Assembly: GCA_043750055.1 (NCBI GenBank)
Contig: JAYVCH010000264.1
Coordinates: forward strand, 1 to 46,164
Direction: 5' to 3'
From: Fibrobacteria bacterium
GTDB taxonomy: Bacteria > Fibrobacterota > Fibrobacteria > UBA11236
Length of the DNA stretch: 46,164 nucleotides
A program made the position numbers and the translations under genes. Every line of letters starts with the position of its first letter. Position 1 is the first letter of the stretch. This document shows positions 27,720 to 36,340 of this stretch, piece by piece. The notes under the pieces are model-generated. The model was given only the letters and a program-made list of their open reading frames with translations, was not told the origin of the DNA and searched no databases.

Positions 27720-28955
27720 TTACCACCGTTGTCCAGAGGGAAGCGGCTCCGGAAGGTAGCTACGAACTTGACTTAAGCTATCACCAGGTGCCTTTTCCAA
27801 ATGTAACCCTCCCACTTGAAGGCAAGCCAATCCCCCACATACAATTCCGAAATCGATGGCATGACGAAGTCGGAGAGGACTGATTTCCAATAGTTCGCGT
27901 TCGATATGGATTTCTCCTTTGGGATAAAAATCATCCTCGAGAATTTGCATTTGCAAATCGGCTAGTAAACCACCGAGAAAATTATCACCCGCTCCTACCG
28001 TATCACCCATGTTACTAGGTCGGTTCTTGACTGCTTCCATTATTTTGGGATGAGCAGGTACATAACCCTGGGTCTGTCCAAAAATACCTCCCAAAGATCG
28101 GTGGTAGACCCCTTGTGCGCCTAATGTTACAATGCATGCTGTCAGGCCTTGTTGGAAAAGTGCTTCCGCCGATTCCTCAATCCCTGATAACCCTGCCAAT
28201 TTTCGAATTTCTTCGGAATTGGCCACCAACAAATCGATAGAGGAATAGGATTCTGGAATGCCTAAAGTCCAAGCTTTTCCGGGCGAAGATTTTTCCGCCT
28301 GGAAATCGTAAATCGTGGCCACGATATTCAAGGCCCCACGACGACGCCCCTTGGCCAAAAGCATCGGTAGAGCAGAATGTAACTCGGGTAACAGCGCCGT
28401 AGCGGCGTAAACATTGAATGTCGCTTGGAAAAAACTTTCACCCAAAATATTAAGGTCAAAAGAAACATCGCCAGGCGAATGGATAAAAAATCGTTCTACC
28501 ATTCCACCCTCCATGCGAAGATCGGTACCGAGCCAAGTACAAGCCGATGCGCCTTGCCTTTGTCGGAAACAGGTCAGGTCAAGAGGGGTATGGGCCAATA
28601 AGTGGCGCAGGCGAGAACCAAGCCCATCGTCGCCGGAACAGCCATAAAATGTCACCGGGATCTTGGAGGGGTTCAAAAGTTGCGCAGCGAGCGTCATGGA
28701 AACCAAAGCTGGCCCACCGGCATTAAATGTCAGTCCTTGCCCCTTTGTCCACTGTTCCAAAATTATATCCCAAGAGCTTTTGGCAAAATCTAAGAAGTCC
28801 GGTAAAAAAACCAGCTTTCCCATTTCCAAACCACCATCCCCAATAAATTTCGAGTGGTAAGGCTGAAATAGGGATGAAGTGAAATCCACTTCCGGAAGAA
28901 TTAAATCGGCAAGACCATGACCTACGCCATGGATACGAAAGGCACTATTTGGCAT
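27720..28955 (-). CDS. PfkB-family (ribokinase-like) carbohydrate/small-molecule kinase, long form
   Basis: It has the C-terminal DTVGAGDNFLGG anion-hole motif of PfkB kinases and an NAGGPA motif near the N-terminus. I chose ATG 28955, which overlaps the nadA stop by 11 nt, over the ORF-track start at 28997. Confidence 0.7.
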   Translation of the reverse strand: MPNSAFRIHGVGHGLADLILPEVDFTSSLFQPYHSKFIGDGGLEMGKLVFLPDFLDFAKSSWDIILEQWTKGQGLTFNAGGPALVSMTLAAQLLNPSKIPVTFYGCSGDDGLGSRLRHLLAHTPLDLTCFRQRQGASACTWLGTDLRMEGGMVERFFIHSPGDVSFDLNILGESFFQATFNVYAATALLPELHSALPMLLAKGRRRGALNIVATIYDFQAEKSSPGKAWTLGIPESYSSIDLLVANSEEIRKLAGLSGIEESAEALFQQGLTACIVTLGAQGVYHRSLGGIFGQTQGYVPAHPKIMEAVKNRPSNMGDTVGAGDNFLGGLLADLQMQILEDDFYPKGEIHIERELLEISPLRLRHAIDFGIVCGGLACLQVGGLHLEKAPGDSLSQVRSYLPEPLPSGQRW

Positions 28956-29982
28956 GCTTGGGGATGACGCTCTCGGTATATCGGAACATTTCCTCAATAC
29001 ATTTCATGGCCCGCAAACGTACCGATTCCTCTATCTCCACTCGGTCCTCAGGGCGAGGTTTAATTAAGACACGGAGAATGTCTTCCAGGGTATTTGATTT
29101 CATGTATCGACACATCGTACAAGAACCAACGAAGGTTTTATTGGGATGTTCGGCTTGCAGTCGGGAGACCAATCCACATTCCGTAAGCACCAAAAATGTG
29201 TCGTTCATGGACTTTGCCACATGAATCAACATTTGAGAGGTGCTGCCTACATAGTCCGAAGCTCGCACCACGGCAGGACTGCACTCAGGATGGGTAACGA
29301 CGTCAAGTTTCGGAAATTTTAGCCGCAGGAAACGAATCATTTCAGGATCGTACTGCTCATGAACATAGCACGTGCCTTCATAAAGTTGAATGTCCTTTTG
29401 TACCCCTCTTCTGGTCATTTCCTCCTGGAGATTTTTTCCCATTAATTTATCGGGTAGAAAAAAAATCTTATCGTTAGGAATGGCTTCCACAATGTCATAC
29501 ACATTGGAAGATGTCACGCAAACATCACATTCGGCCTTCACATCGGCCGTCGTATTGATATAACAGACATAGGTATAATCGGGAAAGCGAAGGCGAAGTT
29601 CTCGAATATCTGCTCCGGTTACAGCATCGGCCAAGGAACATCCGGAATCCAAACCGGGTATTAAAACCTCTTTTTCTGGATTCAAAATTTTTGCCGTTTC
29701 GCCCATGAACCGAACCGCGGCAAAGACAATCGTATCGGCTTTTGTTTTGGCTGCGTCTTTACTCAGGCCATATGAATCGCCGGTAAAATCGGCGACCCCA
29801 TAAATAATTTCTGGTGCCACATAGGAGTGAGCTAGGATAACGGCATTTCGAGTTTTCTTGATCTCGTTAATGGCATTGATAAGAGGAACCAGAGTCTCGC
29901 ATTTTTCCAGAGTATAGGCACAAAGCGCACCATTCACCTTTACGTTGCGAAGTTTTTCAAAAAGTTCTTGAGCCGTCATCAT
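28945..29982 (-). CDS. nadA: Quinolinate synthase
   Basis: The ORF is 345 aa. It has ILAHSYV...DFTGDS, VRFMGETAKIL, the SGCSLAD and HPEC blocks and a conserved Cys (CTMCRYM). An AAGGAGG RBS lies 6 nt upstream of the ATG. Confidence 0.9.
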   Translation of the reverse strand: MMTAQELFEKLRNVKVNGALCAYTLEKCETLVPLINAINEIKKTRNAVILAHSYVAPEIIYGVADFTGDSYGLSKDAAKTKADTIVFAAVRFMGETAKILNPEKEVLIPGLDSGCSLADAVTGADIRELRLRFPDYTYVCYINTTADVKAECDVCVTSSNVYDIVEAIPNDKIFFLPDKLMGKNLQEEMTRRGVQKDIQLYEGTCYVHEQYDPEMIRFLRLKFPKLDVVTHPECSPAVVRASDYVGSTSQMLIHVAKSMNDTFLVLTECGLVSRLQAEHPNKTFVGSCTMCRYMKSNTLEDILRVLIKPRPEDRVEIEESVRLRAMKCIEEMFRYTESVIPKHAK

Positions 29983-30050
29983 GGCACGCCTCCTTACGAC
30001 TCGGCAGCTTTACCGCATGCTCTACCTCAGGGAATTTAGAAAAGAATGGG

Positions 30051-30482
30051 TTATCGAGTCACGATCGAAAGCGGTAAGGAAATGGAGGCAGAGACATTTA
30101 TTTCCCCACTTGGAACAATGCCCCCGGAAACGGAGGCATTCCAATTTTTAGGTCGTTGTGTATCGCGGTGGGAATAATAAAAATAGGCACCGCCTGCGAC
30201 TAAAGCTGTGACACCGGCGGCACCCATTGCCGAATTTAACGAAGACTTATCGCTGTTCACAAACCCAACTTTGGGTCCAGTCATAGAATTTTGAATTGTA
30301 TAAAAAACCCCGCCTACTGCTAAGGATCCGAGAGAAAAAGCGGCTAGTGGTGCATGGGTCCAATAAGCATTTGTGGGTATAGAACCTAAATCGATTTTTT
30401 TTTGAGGCGCAGTTTGAGCCATGACCAAGCCGGTGAGCATTAAAATCTGTCCCATGCAGTTGGAAAAAAACCGAAGTCTCAT
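30051..30482 (-). CDS. Small exported/membrane protein with Gly/Ala-rich hydrophobic segments, unknown family
   Basis: The ORF is 143 aa with a signal-like N-terminus (ILMLTGLVMAQTAP). No family was recognised. Confidence 0.45.
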   Translation of the reverse strand: MRLRFFSNCMGQILMLTGLVMAQTAPQKKIDLGSIPTNAYWTHAPLAAFSLGSLAVGGVFYTIQNSMTGPKVGFVNSDKSSLNSAMGAAGVTALVAGGAYFYYSHRDTQRPKNWNASVSGGIVPSGEINVSASISLPLSIVTR

Positions 30483-30627
30483 GACTAGAAAAATACTTTT
30501 AGACGGGATAGAGTCAAGGCTGCAATTGTAAAATCGGGATCAGAGCTATAAAATTCTCCTCAAAGTCCAATAAAAACAACAGATTTTTTGGGAATTTAAT
30601 TCTGAACTCATTTAAACATTGAGGTCG

Positions 30628-31848
30628 CTAACGATTTCTTCCAGAAAGTCGAAAACGTCCTAAAAGTCCCATTCCATCGGTGATGGAAAGGATTCCAGGG
30701 GTCGAACTTTTCAAGTTGGACCAGTCCAAGATCCTGGTTTGTTCCGAGAGAGTACCACTAGCCATCAGCCTGCCTTTTATATCTTCAAATTCCCAATGCA
30801 AATTACCACCAAATGATCTTTTCAGGAGGTGTATTCCGTCTCGCTCTAAAGTGATTTTAACTGGCATGCTAACCCAAGGACGAAGCGGAACTAAAAGGCG
30901 TTCTCGAATATAATCCACCGAACCCAGGACCAGTGCATGAGCTGTGCTATCGAAAAGACCGGCATTGGGACAATTGGTATCCTCGTAGGTAAGTGCCAAT
31001 ACTTTTTCCTGATAGGTTAGCCACCAGAAACTCTCTGGGTATACCAGCTTGGTCCCCGTATCCCAGCTTTTCACGAAATCCCAATTCTTGATTCCCTCCA
31101 GAAAATGGCTCTGAACTTTTTCGATAAAAGTCTTTTCAAGTTGGGTATAGATTTCCGAGGTACCGGCAGCAAAATGGAAAAAGAAAAACCGAGTACAGTT
31201 GAATTGATCAGAGTGCAGATTGAGAGCGACTTCAATGGGAATGGGACCATTCATAAATCGTTGAAAGGTTTTTTTGAGGCTAAGGACCTCCGGTTCCAGT
31301 GTCAGGGAATTCCAATTCGATTCCAAATCGACCAGATTACCATTGAGGCGGCTATGGCCTTTTTCGACTCCATCTGGATTGTACATGGGAATGATGTTGA
31401 AAATAAATCCAGATCGAATTGCACTTGCGGAAGCGGTTTCATCGGTTAAAAATCGAATAGCTTCATTGGCGATATAATTGGCTTGCACCTCCGCAGGATG
31501 GGTTCTGGCATGGATGAAGACACGATGCTTTCGAGACGATGCACTTCCATGCCCACTCAGACTATCTTGCGAGCCTGTAATGGAGATCATCCAAATGGCG
31601 CGACCCTGGGCAGAGGCGCCTATAGAGTCGATTGTCACATAAGGACTTTTTTTCCATTTGGCGATATCACTGAGTAGGGAGTCGTAACCATAACCCCAGC
31701 CGTTGGTACTATCGGAAGTCATAATTTGAGAATGAGCGAGTGAAAATCCAACGAGTAAAATTAGGAATGAGAAAATAAATTTGTCTTTTTCGGGCCGGAA
31801 TCGAGTCTGATCTATCACGAGGCCCATTTTGGTGAAAAGTTTGTCCAA
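30628..31848 (-). CDS. M14-family zinc carboxypeptidase, exported
   Basis: It has the M14 blocks IHARTHPAE (HxxE), PMYNPDG and RLNGNLVDLESNW. The N-terminus is hydrophobic, and the start may be ATG 31827. A C-terminal beta-rich extension of about 90 aa follows. Confidence 0.7.
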   Translation of the reverse strand: MDKLFTKMGLVIDQTRFRPEKDKFIFSFLILLVGFSLAHSQIMTSDSTNGWGYGYDSLLSDIAKWKKSPYVTIDSIGASAQGRAIWMISITGSQDSLSGHGSASSRKHRVFIHARTHPAEVQANYIANEAIRFLTDETASASAIRSGFIFNIIPMYNPDGVEKGHSRLNGNLVDLESNWNSLTLEPEVLSLKKTFQRFMNGPIPIEVALNLHSDQFNCTRFFFFHFAAGTSEIYTQLEKTFIEKVQSHFLEGIKNWDFVKSWDTGTKLVYPESFWWLTYQEKVLALTYEDTNCPNAGLFDSTAHALVLGSVDYIRERLLVPLRPWVSMPVKITLERDGIHLLKRSFGGNLHWEFEDIKGRLMASGTLSEQTRILDWSNLKSSTPGILSITDGMGLLGRFRLSGRNR

Positions 31849-31931
31849 CTGATTTCATATATTAACAGACAATCATCGCCTCCGCAACCAGCTCATTAAG
31901 TTTATTTTGCGGTAACAAAGGATATATCTCT

Positions 31932-32312
31932 ATGAATAGAAAATTTTTTCGCCTCCACCAGCTATTTTTCTTGACCGGAGCAACACTTTTCCTATTGGCA
32001 TGCACTGAACCCGAAGGAAAAAAAGATTCGGTCGCCATCCTTACCCCTTCCCCATTAATAATTGTTTTAGGTGATACCAGTTCGATTCTGGTAGTTTCAC
32101 GAACCACCACGACCGCAACTGGGCGAGTGATAACTCAAAATCCTTATACTTCTTATCAGGTCTTTCTTCGGGATACAACCCTCGCCGGTCTCATCGATTT
32201 ACATAGAGTAATAGGTAAAAAAATTGGTGAAACCTCCTTGAAAGTTGGGGATGAGAAAAGCGCCCTGTTCTCCGATTCCCTTAAGGTCAGGGTGGTAGGG
32301 TCCTCTAAATAA
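31932..32312 (+). CDS. Small lipoprotein with a bacterial Ig-like (Big_2-like) domain
   Basis: It has an LFLLAC lipobox. The GETSLKVGDEKSALFSDSLKVRVV ending resembles a Big_2 domain. Confidence 0.5.
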   Translation: MNRKFFRLHQLFFLTGATLFLLACTEPEGKKDSVAILTPSPLIIVLGDTSSILVVSRTTTTATGRVITQNPYTSYQVFLRDTTLAGLIDLHRVIGKKIGETSLKVGDEKSALFSDSLKVRVVGSSK

Positions 32313-33051
32313 GTTCGCCTTTTTCAGGGGTAAACAAGTCTTGGTAAGCGGACGACAAGCCTTGCTTAAAGATTTTTTCCAAAATGAAAGGCGTTGAACT
32401 CGCAGCAAAATCACCCGGATGAATTGCGACCTTGATCCAGGGTAAGCGAAGTAAAGCTTCAAGCCAAAGCGCGCCCCCAATGAGTTTTGGTTCGTTAGAC
32501 AAAGAGAGATCCCAAGCTAAGGGAGGAACAAAGACACTTCTATTGGTTTCAAAATGATGGATCCGAAATCGTGTTTCCAATATTTGGAATCCATGATCCA
32601 GCAAGGCAGAAACAGGAGGCGCTCCAAACCATGTCGGGGCCACAAAACCAAGACAGGGCAAGTCGCATTTTTTAAATGCCACAACGCCCTGGTCTAAAAG
32701 GTGAATCCGTTCGGGTAATGAAAGACCACAAAATTCCGCTTCTTGACCCACCAAACGACGATTGACCCAGCGACCCCAAGTGGTTCGATGCCCTTTAAAT
32801 GCTTTGCCTTCAGCCTGTTCAGGCATCCAATGACGATAGCCATGAAGAAGGATTTCCGAACCCGTCACCCTTTCCTCGCGCAACCATTCCAAGAAATTAG
32901 CTTGGTCTTCAATAGGTTTTTGATCATGAAATCGGGGGACTACCAATAGGGCCACCTTAACGGCCCCCAAGGAACGCAAACGCCGTAAGTAATCGGCAAT
33001 CAGTGGATAATTACCAGGCCATACATCATGGATGGAGAGAAGGAAGCGCAT
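32305..33051 (-). CDS. DUF2334/polysaccharide-deacetylase-like protein
   Basis: MRFLLSIHDVWPGN...VALLVVPRFH...EILLHGYRHW matches the DUF2334 pattern from memory. Its 3' end overlaps the convergent neighbour by 8 nt. Confidence 0.55.
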   Translation of the reverse strand: MRFLLSIHDVWPGNYPLIADYLRRLRSLGAVKVALLVVPRFHDQKPIEDQANFLEWLREERVTGSEILLHGYRHWMPEQAEGKAFKGHRTTWGRWVNRRLVGQEAEFCGLSLPERIHLLDQGVVAFKKCDLPCLGFVAPTWFGAPPVSALLDHGFQILETRFRIHHFETNRSVFVPPLAWDLSLSNEPKLIGGALWLEALLRLPWIKVAIHPGDFAASSTPFILEKIFKQGLSSAYQDLFTPEKGELI

Positions 33052-33094
33052 CGTTTCCCTAGTCGTGGCGGGGGCGTAATTTTATCTTTGCAAT

Positions 33095-33790
33095 GTGTTA
33101 AAACTATTAGTTTTCGACCTTGATGGCACCTTAGTGGATACTCGCAAAGATTTGGCCTCTTCCGTAAATCACGCGCTAAAGGAATCGGGGTTTTCTCCTT
33201 TGCCATTAGAAACTGTAATCGCGGGAGTCGGAGACGGCGCCCAATCCTTAATCGAACGTGCTTTGGCCATCTCAAAAGGAGGACGTCACCCTGAAACCGT
33301 GACCGTTGAGACTGTCTTAACCGACTTTTTAAATCATTACACCAAACACTGTATAGAAGAGAGCCAAGCTTATCCCGGAGTTTCATTATCTTTGGAACTA
33401 TTAAAAGGGTATAAAATGGCCGTGTTGACAAACAAACCGCTGGAACCAGCCAGAAAAATCTTAGAAGGGTTGGATTTGGATCACTACTTTGAATTTGTTG
33501 TCGGTGGCGATAATCCTTTTGGCAAGAAACCGAATCCTATGGCACTGAAGAACTTAATGTCCCAGGCAGAGGCCGAACCGGCCCAAACCATAATGATTGG
33601 AGACGGTATCCAAGACTTTCAAGTGGCCGGATTGGCATCAACTCACTTCCTAGCCTTTCTAAGTGGGATGGCTGATCGAAACATTTTAATGGCTGAGAAG
33701 CTTGAAGCCGTTATAGATGACATGCACTTTCTTCCCCAAGTCCTGGCGAACATGGCGACTAACAAACCCGGCATGCGAGGGCTAAATTGA
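33095..33790 (+). CDS. HAD-superfamily hydrolase, phosphoglycolate-phosphatase-like
   Basis: It has the HAD motifs I, II and III/IV: VFDLDGTLVDT, LTNKP and GDGIQDFQVA. The start is GTG. Confidence 0.75.
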   Translation: MLKLLVFDLDGTLVDTRKDLASSVNHALKESGFSPLPLETVIAGVGDGAQSLIERALAISKGGRHPETVTVETVLTDFLNHYTKHCIEESQAYPGVSLSLELLKGYKMAVLTNKPLEPARKILEGLDLDHYFEFVVGGDNPFGKKPNPMALKNLMSQAEAEPAQTIMIGDGIQDFQVAGLASTHFLAFLSGMADRNILMAEKLEAVIDDMHFLPQVLANMATNKPGMRGLN

Positions 33791-35097
33791 GCGAAAAATA
33801 TTTCTTAGCGACATTCGGTTGTCAGATGAACGTCTATGATTCCAATTTGATTGGCGGAATGTTGGAAAAACGGGGTATGAGCATGACAGCGGACCCGGAA
33901 GAAGCCGATGTCCTAATTGTCAATACCTGTTCGATTCGCGGCGGAGCAGAAGATAGAGCTTATGCTCGCATTGCGGGCATGAAATATTACAAGCGCCGTA
34001 AACCTGGAATTCGCATCGCCGTCATTGGATGCATGGCACAAAATCACGGGGAAAAAATTCCAGTCGAACTGGATCATGTGGACTATGTTGTCGGCCCTGA
34101 TAATTATCGCAGCCTTGAAACCATGCTCTTCGAATCAAAACCCGCTTCGGCAATCGTGCTAACCGAACAAAATGCTTTTGAAAACTATTCGGGAATCATG
34201 GCCCGTCTCGACTCAGCCATGTCTTGCAATATCACCATCATGCGCGGATGCAACAAACGGTGTACCTACTGCATCGTGCCCACAGTTCGAGGTGAGGAAC
34301 GCAGTCGCGAAGCCTCTTCAATCATCGAAGAAGTGGAACGAGCTGTATCTGAAGGCGTTCGCGAGGTTTGCCTTTTGGGACAGACTGTCAATTCCTACAG
34401 AACGGAAGCGGATGGATTCGCTTCTTTACTTCGCAAACTTAACCAAATCGAAGGCCTACGTCGCATTCGGTTCACATCGCCCCATCCAAGGCACTTTGAT
34501 AGCGAAACCATCCGAGTGATGGCGGAATGTGAAAAAGTTTGCAATCATGTTCATATTCCTGTTCAATCGGGTTCCAATGCCATCCTCAAGAAAATGCGGA
34601 GGCAATATACCCGAGAACGCTTCCTGGAAATCGTGGAAGAAATACGTTTTCATATTCCCAATGTCGGATTATCCACGGATATTATTTCAGGTTTTGTGGG
34701 TGAATCGGAAGCAGATTTCGAAGACACGCTTTCATTGGTTGAAACTGTTGGATTCGATAGCGCTTTTACTTTTTCATATTCGCCACGTGAAGGAACACCG
34801 GCATTTGACGAAGTAGAGACACTTACGGATGGACAAAAACAAGCAAGATTGGAACGACTCATCTCGTTGCAAACTAAAATCACAGAACGAAAATTGGAAG
34901 CTATGGTTGGGAAAACGGAGGAAATTCTGATTGAAAATACCTCCTCCCGAAATGCGCAAGAATGGTTAGGCAAGACTGGATGTTTTAAAAAGGTGATTGT
35001 ACCCAATCTCTCAGGAATCTCCAAAGGGTCCATGGTTAACGCCCGCATTTTATCGCGCAGCGGAACGGTTTTGCGTGGGGAAATAATAGCCACGTGA
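33787..35097 (+). CDS. miaB: tRNA (N6-isopentenyl-adenosine-37) methylthiotransferase
   Basis: It has FGCQMNVYDS (UPF0004 domain), the radical-SAM motif CNKRCTYC and a C-terminal TRAM-like region. The TTG start overlaps the upstream stop. Confidence 0.9.
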   Translation: MSEKYFLATFGCQMNVYDSNLIGGMLEKRGMSMTADPEEADVLIVNTCSIRGGAEDRAYARIAGMKYYKRRKPGIRIAVIGCMAQNHGEKIPVELDHVDYVVGPDNYRSLETMLFESKPASAIVLTEQNAFENYSGIMARLDSAMSCNITIMRGCNKRCTYCIVPTVRGEERSREASSIIEEVERAVSEGVREVCLLGQTVNSYRTEADGFASLLRKLNQIEGLRRIRFTSPHPRHFDSETIRVMAECEKVCNHVHIPVQSGSNAILKKMRRQYTRERFLEIVEEIRFHIPNVGLSTDIISGFVGESEADFEDTLSLVETVGFDSAFTFSYSPREGTPAFDEVETLTDGQKQARLERLISLQTKITERKLEAMVGKTEEILIENTSSRNAQEWLGKTGCFKKVIVPNLSGISKGSMVNARILSRSGTVLRGEIIAT

Positions 35098-36314
35098 GTC
35101 CATCAATCCATGCTAGAGTTGGAATAGTAGTTGTGGCTGGGGTTGGATTTTTGGCAGGAATGGGCTTCACGATGAGTGCTTCCCAAATTGTGTCCTCTCC
35201 ATTAGGAATCACTTCCGAATCTCCCCCAACTCATTCCACAACTGGGCCTGCTTTAAACTACCGTGAGGATATTTTGAGTGTCGCTAGGAAAGGATTTCTC
35301 GATTCAGCCTTTCAGATGACTCAACGAGCATTAGGGGCTGATTTCAATGATGTTTTTGCCTTGTGCATGATGGCCAAATTGAGTCTGGATGCAAAGCGAT
35401 CATCTGAACTTTTCAAGAAGGTTATTCAGTTACGAGGGGCCTCGCCTGAAGCGGAGGAAAGTTTTTTTAGGCTGGGTCAATACTATTACGCCTCTGGAAA
35501 ATACCATCAGGCAATTCCCTACTTTCGCGATTATTTGAAATTGTTTCCAACCGGAAATTGGCATGAACCCGCACGTTATTGGATGGGAAATGCTTGCCTT
35601 GCCTATGCGCAGAGCAAGCCTGATAAAATTTCTTATTTAGATTCTGCGTTTGCCTACTTCGAACAACTGGGCGATACTAAAAAGCCCGATGAATACTATT
35701 TTCCCTTAGCCATGGAGGGGTTGGCGAAAGCCAAAATTGCCAAAGGCGACCGTGACGGCGCCATGGATGCCGTACAAGGTGCCATTGCAAAGGCCCCGGA
35801 GGAAGAACAAGCTTCCTTGCTCCTTTTGAGCGCGCAATTATGGCAGGGATTTAACCGTGAAAAAGAAAAAGAAGCTATCCAAAAGTTGGTTAAACGGTAT
35901 CCACAAAGTCCAGAAATTCGTTATCTCACCAAGCTTAATTCAGGGGCCGAAAAGGAACGCTGGAAATCGGGCAACGGATTGCCTAAACCGCTTATTCCAG
36001 TCATCAAGGATTCGACCTTGACCGAAGCAACTCCATCGGTCTCCAACACGCAGACCAAAGAATTCTCCGAGCTGGAAAAAGGGTTCACCCTGCAATTGGG
36101 CGGATTCTCTCAACCTGCCAATGCGAAAACCATGATTGAAAACCTCATGAAACTTGGGCTCGCTCCTGAACTGATTGAAAGCAGTCGAAATGGAAAAAAG
36201 TTCTTCCAGGTAAGACTGGGAAAGTTTAAGACTTTGGATGAGGCAAATGAGTATTCAAAGTCCGTTCTAAAACCGCAACATCTGCTTTCCCAGCCTATGC
36301 CCTTTGGACCTTAG
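35094..36314 (+). CDS. TPR-repeat protein with C-terminal SPOR (peptidoglycan-binding) domain
   Basis: It has an N-terminal TM helix and central TPR-like repeats (FFRLGQYYYASGKYHQAIPYFRDYL). The C-terminal SPOR signature is FTLQLGGFSQPANA...FFQVRLGKFKTLDEANEY. Confidence 0.7.
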   Translation: MSPSIHARVGIVVVAGVGFLAGMGFTMSASQIVSSPLGITSESPPTHSTTGPALNYREDILSVARKGFLDSAFQMTQRALGADFNDVFALCMMAKLSLDAKRSSELFKKVIQLRGASPEAEESFFRLGQYYYASGKYHQAIPYFRDYLKLFPTGNWHEPARYWMGNACLAYAQSKPDKISYLDSAFAYFEQLGDTKKPDEYYFPLAMEGLAKAKIAKGDRDGAMDAVQGAIAKAPEEEQASLLLLSAQLWQGFNREKEKEAIQKLVKRYPQSPEIRYLTKLNSGAEKERWKSGNGLPKPLIPVIKDSTLTEATPSVSNTQTKEFSELEKGFTLQLGGFSQPANAKTMIENLMKLGLAPELIESSRNGKKFFQVRLGKFKTLDEANEYSKSVLKPQHLLSQPMPFGP

Positions 36315-36340
36315 TCTTCCCTTTCTCGAGATTCAAAAAA

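Noticed and set aside
30628-30900. The C-terminal roughly 90 aa of the M14 peptidase as a T9SS (Por) sorting domain.
   Set aside because: The beta-rich pattern is suggestive. However, the extreme C-terminus (GRFRLSGRNR) does not match the usual CTD ending, and many genes here use strong Shine-Dalgarno sites, which is unlike Bacteroidota. It needs an HMM test.
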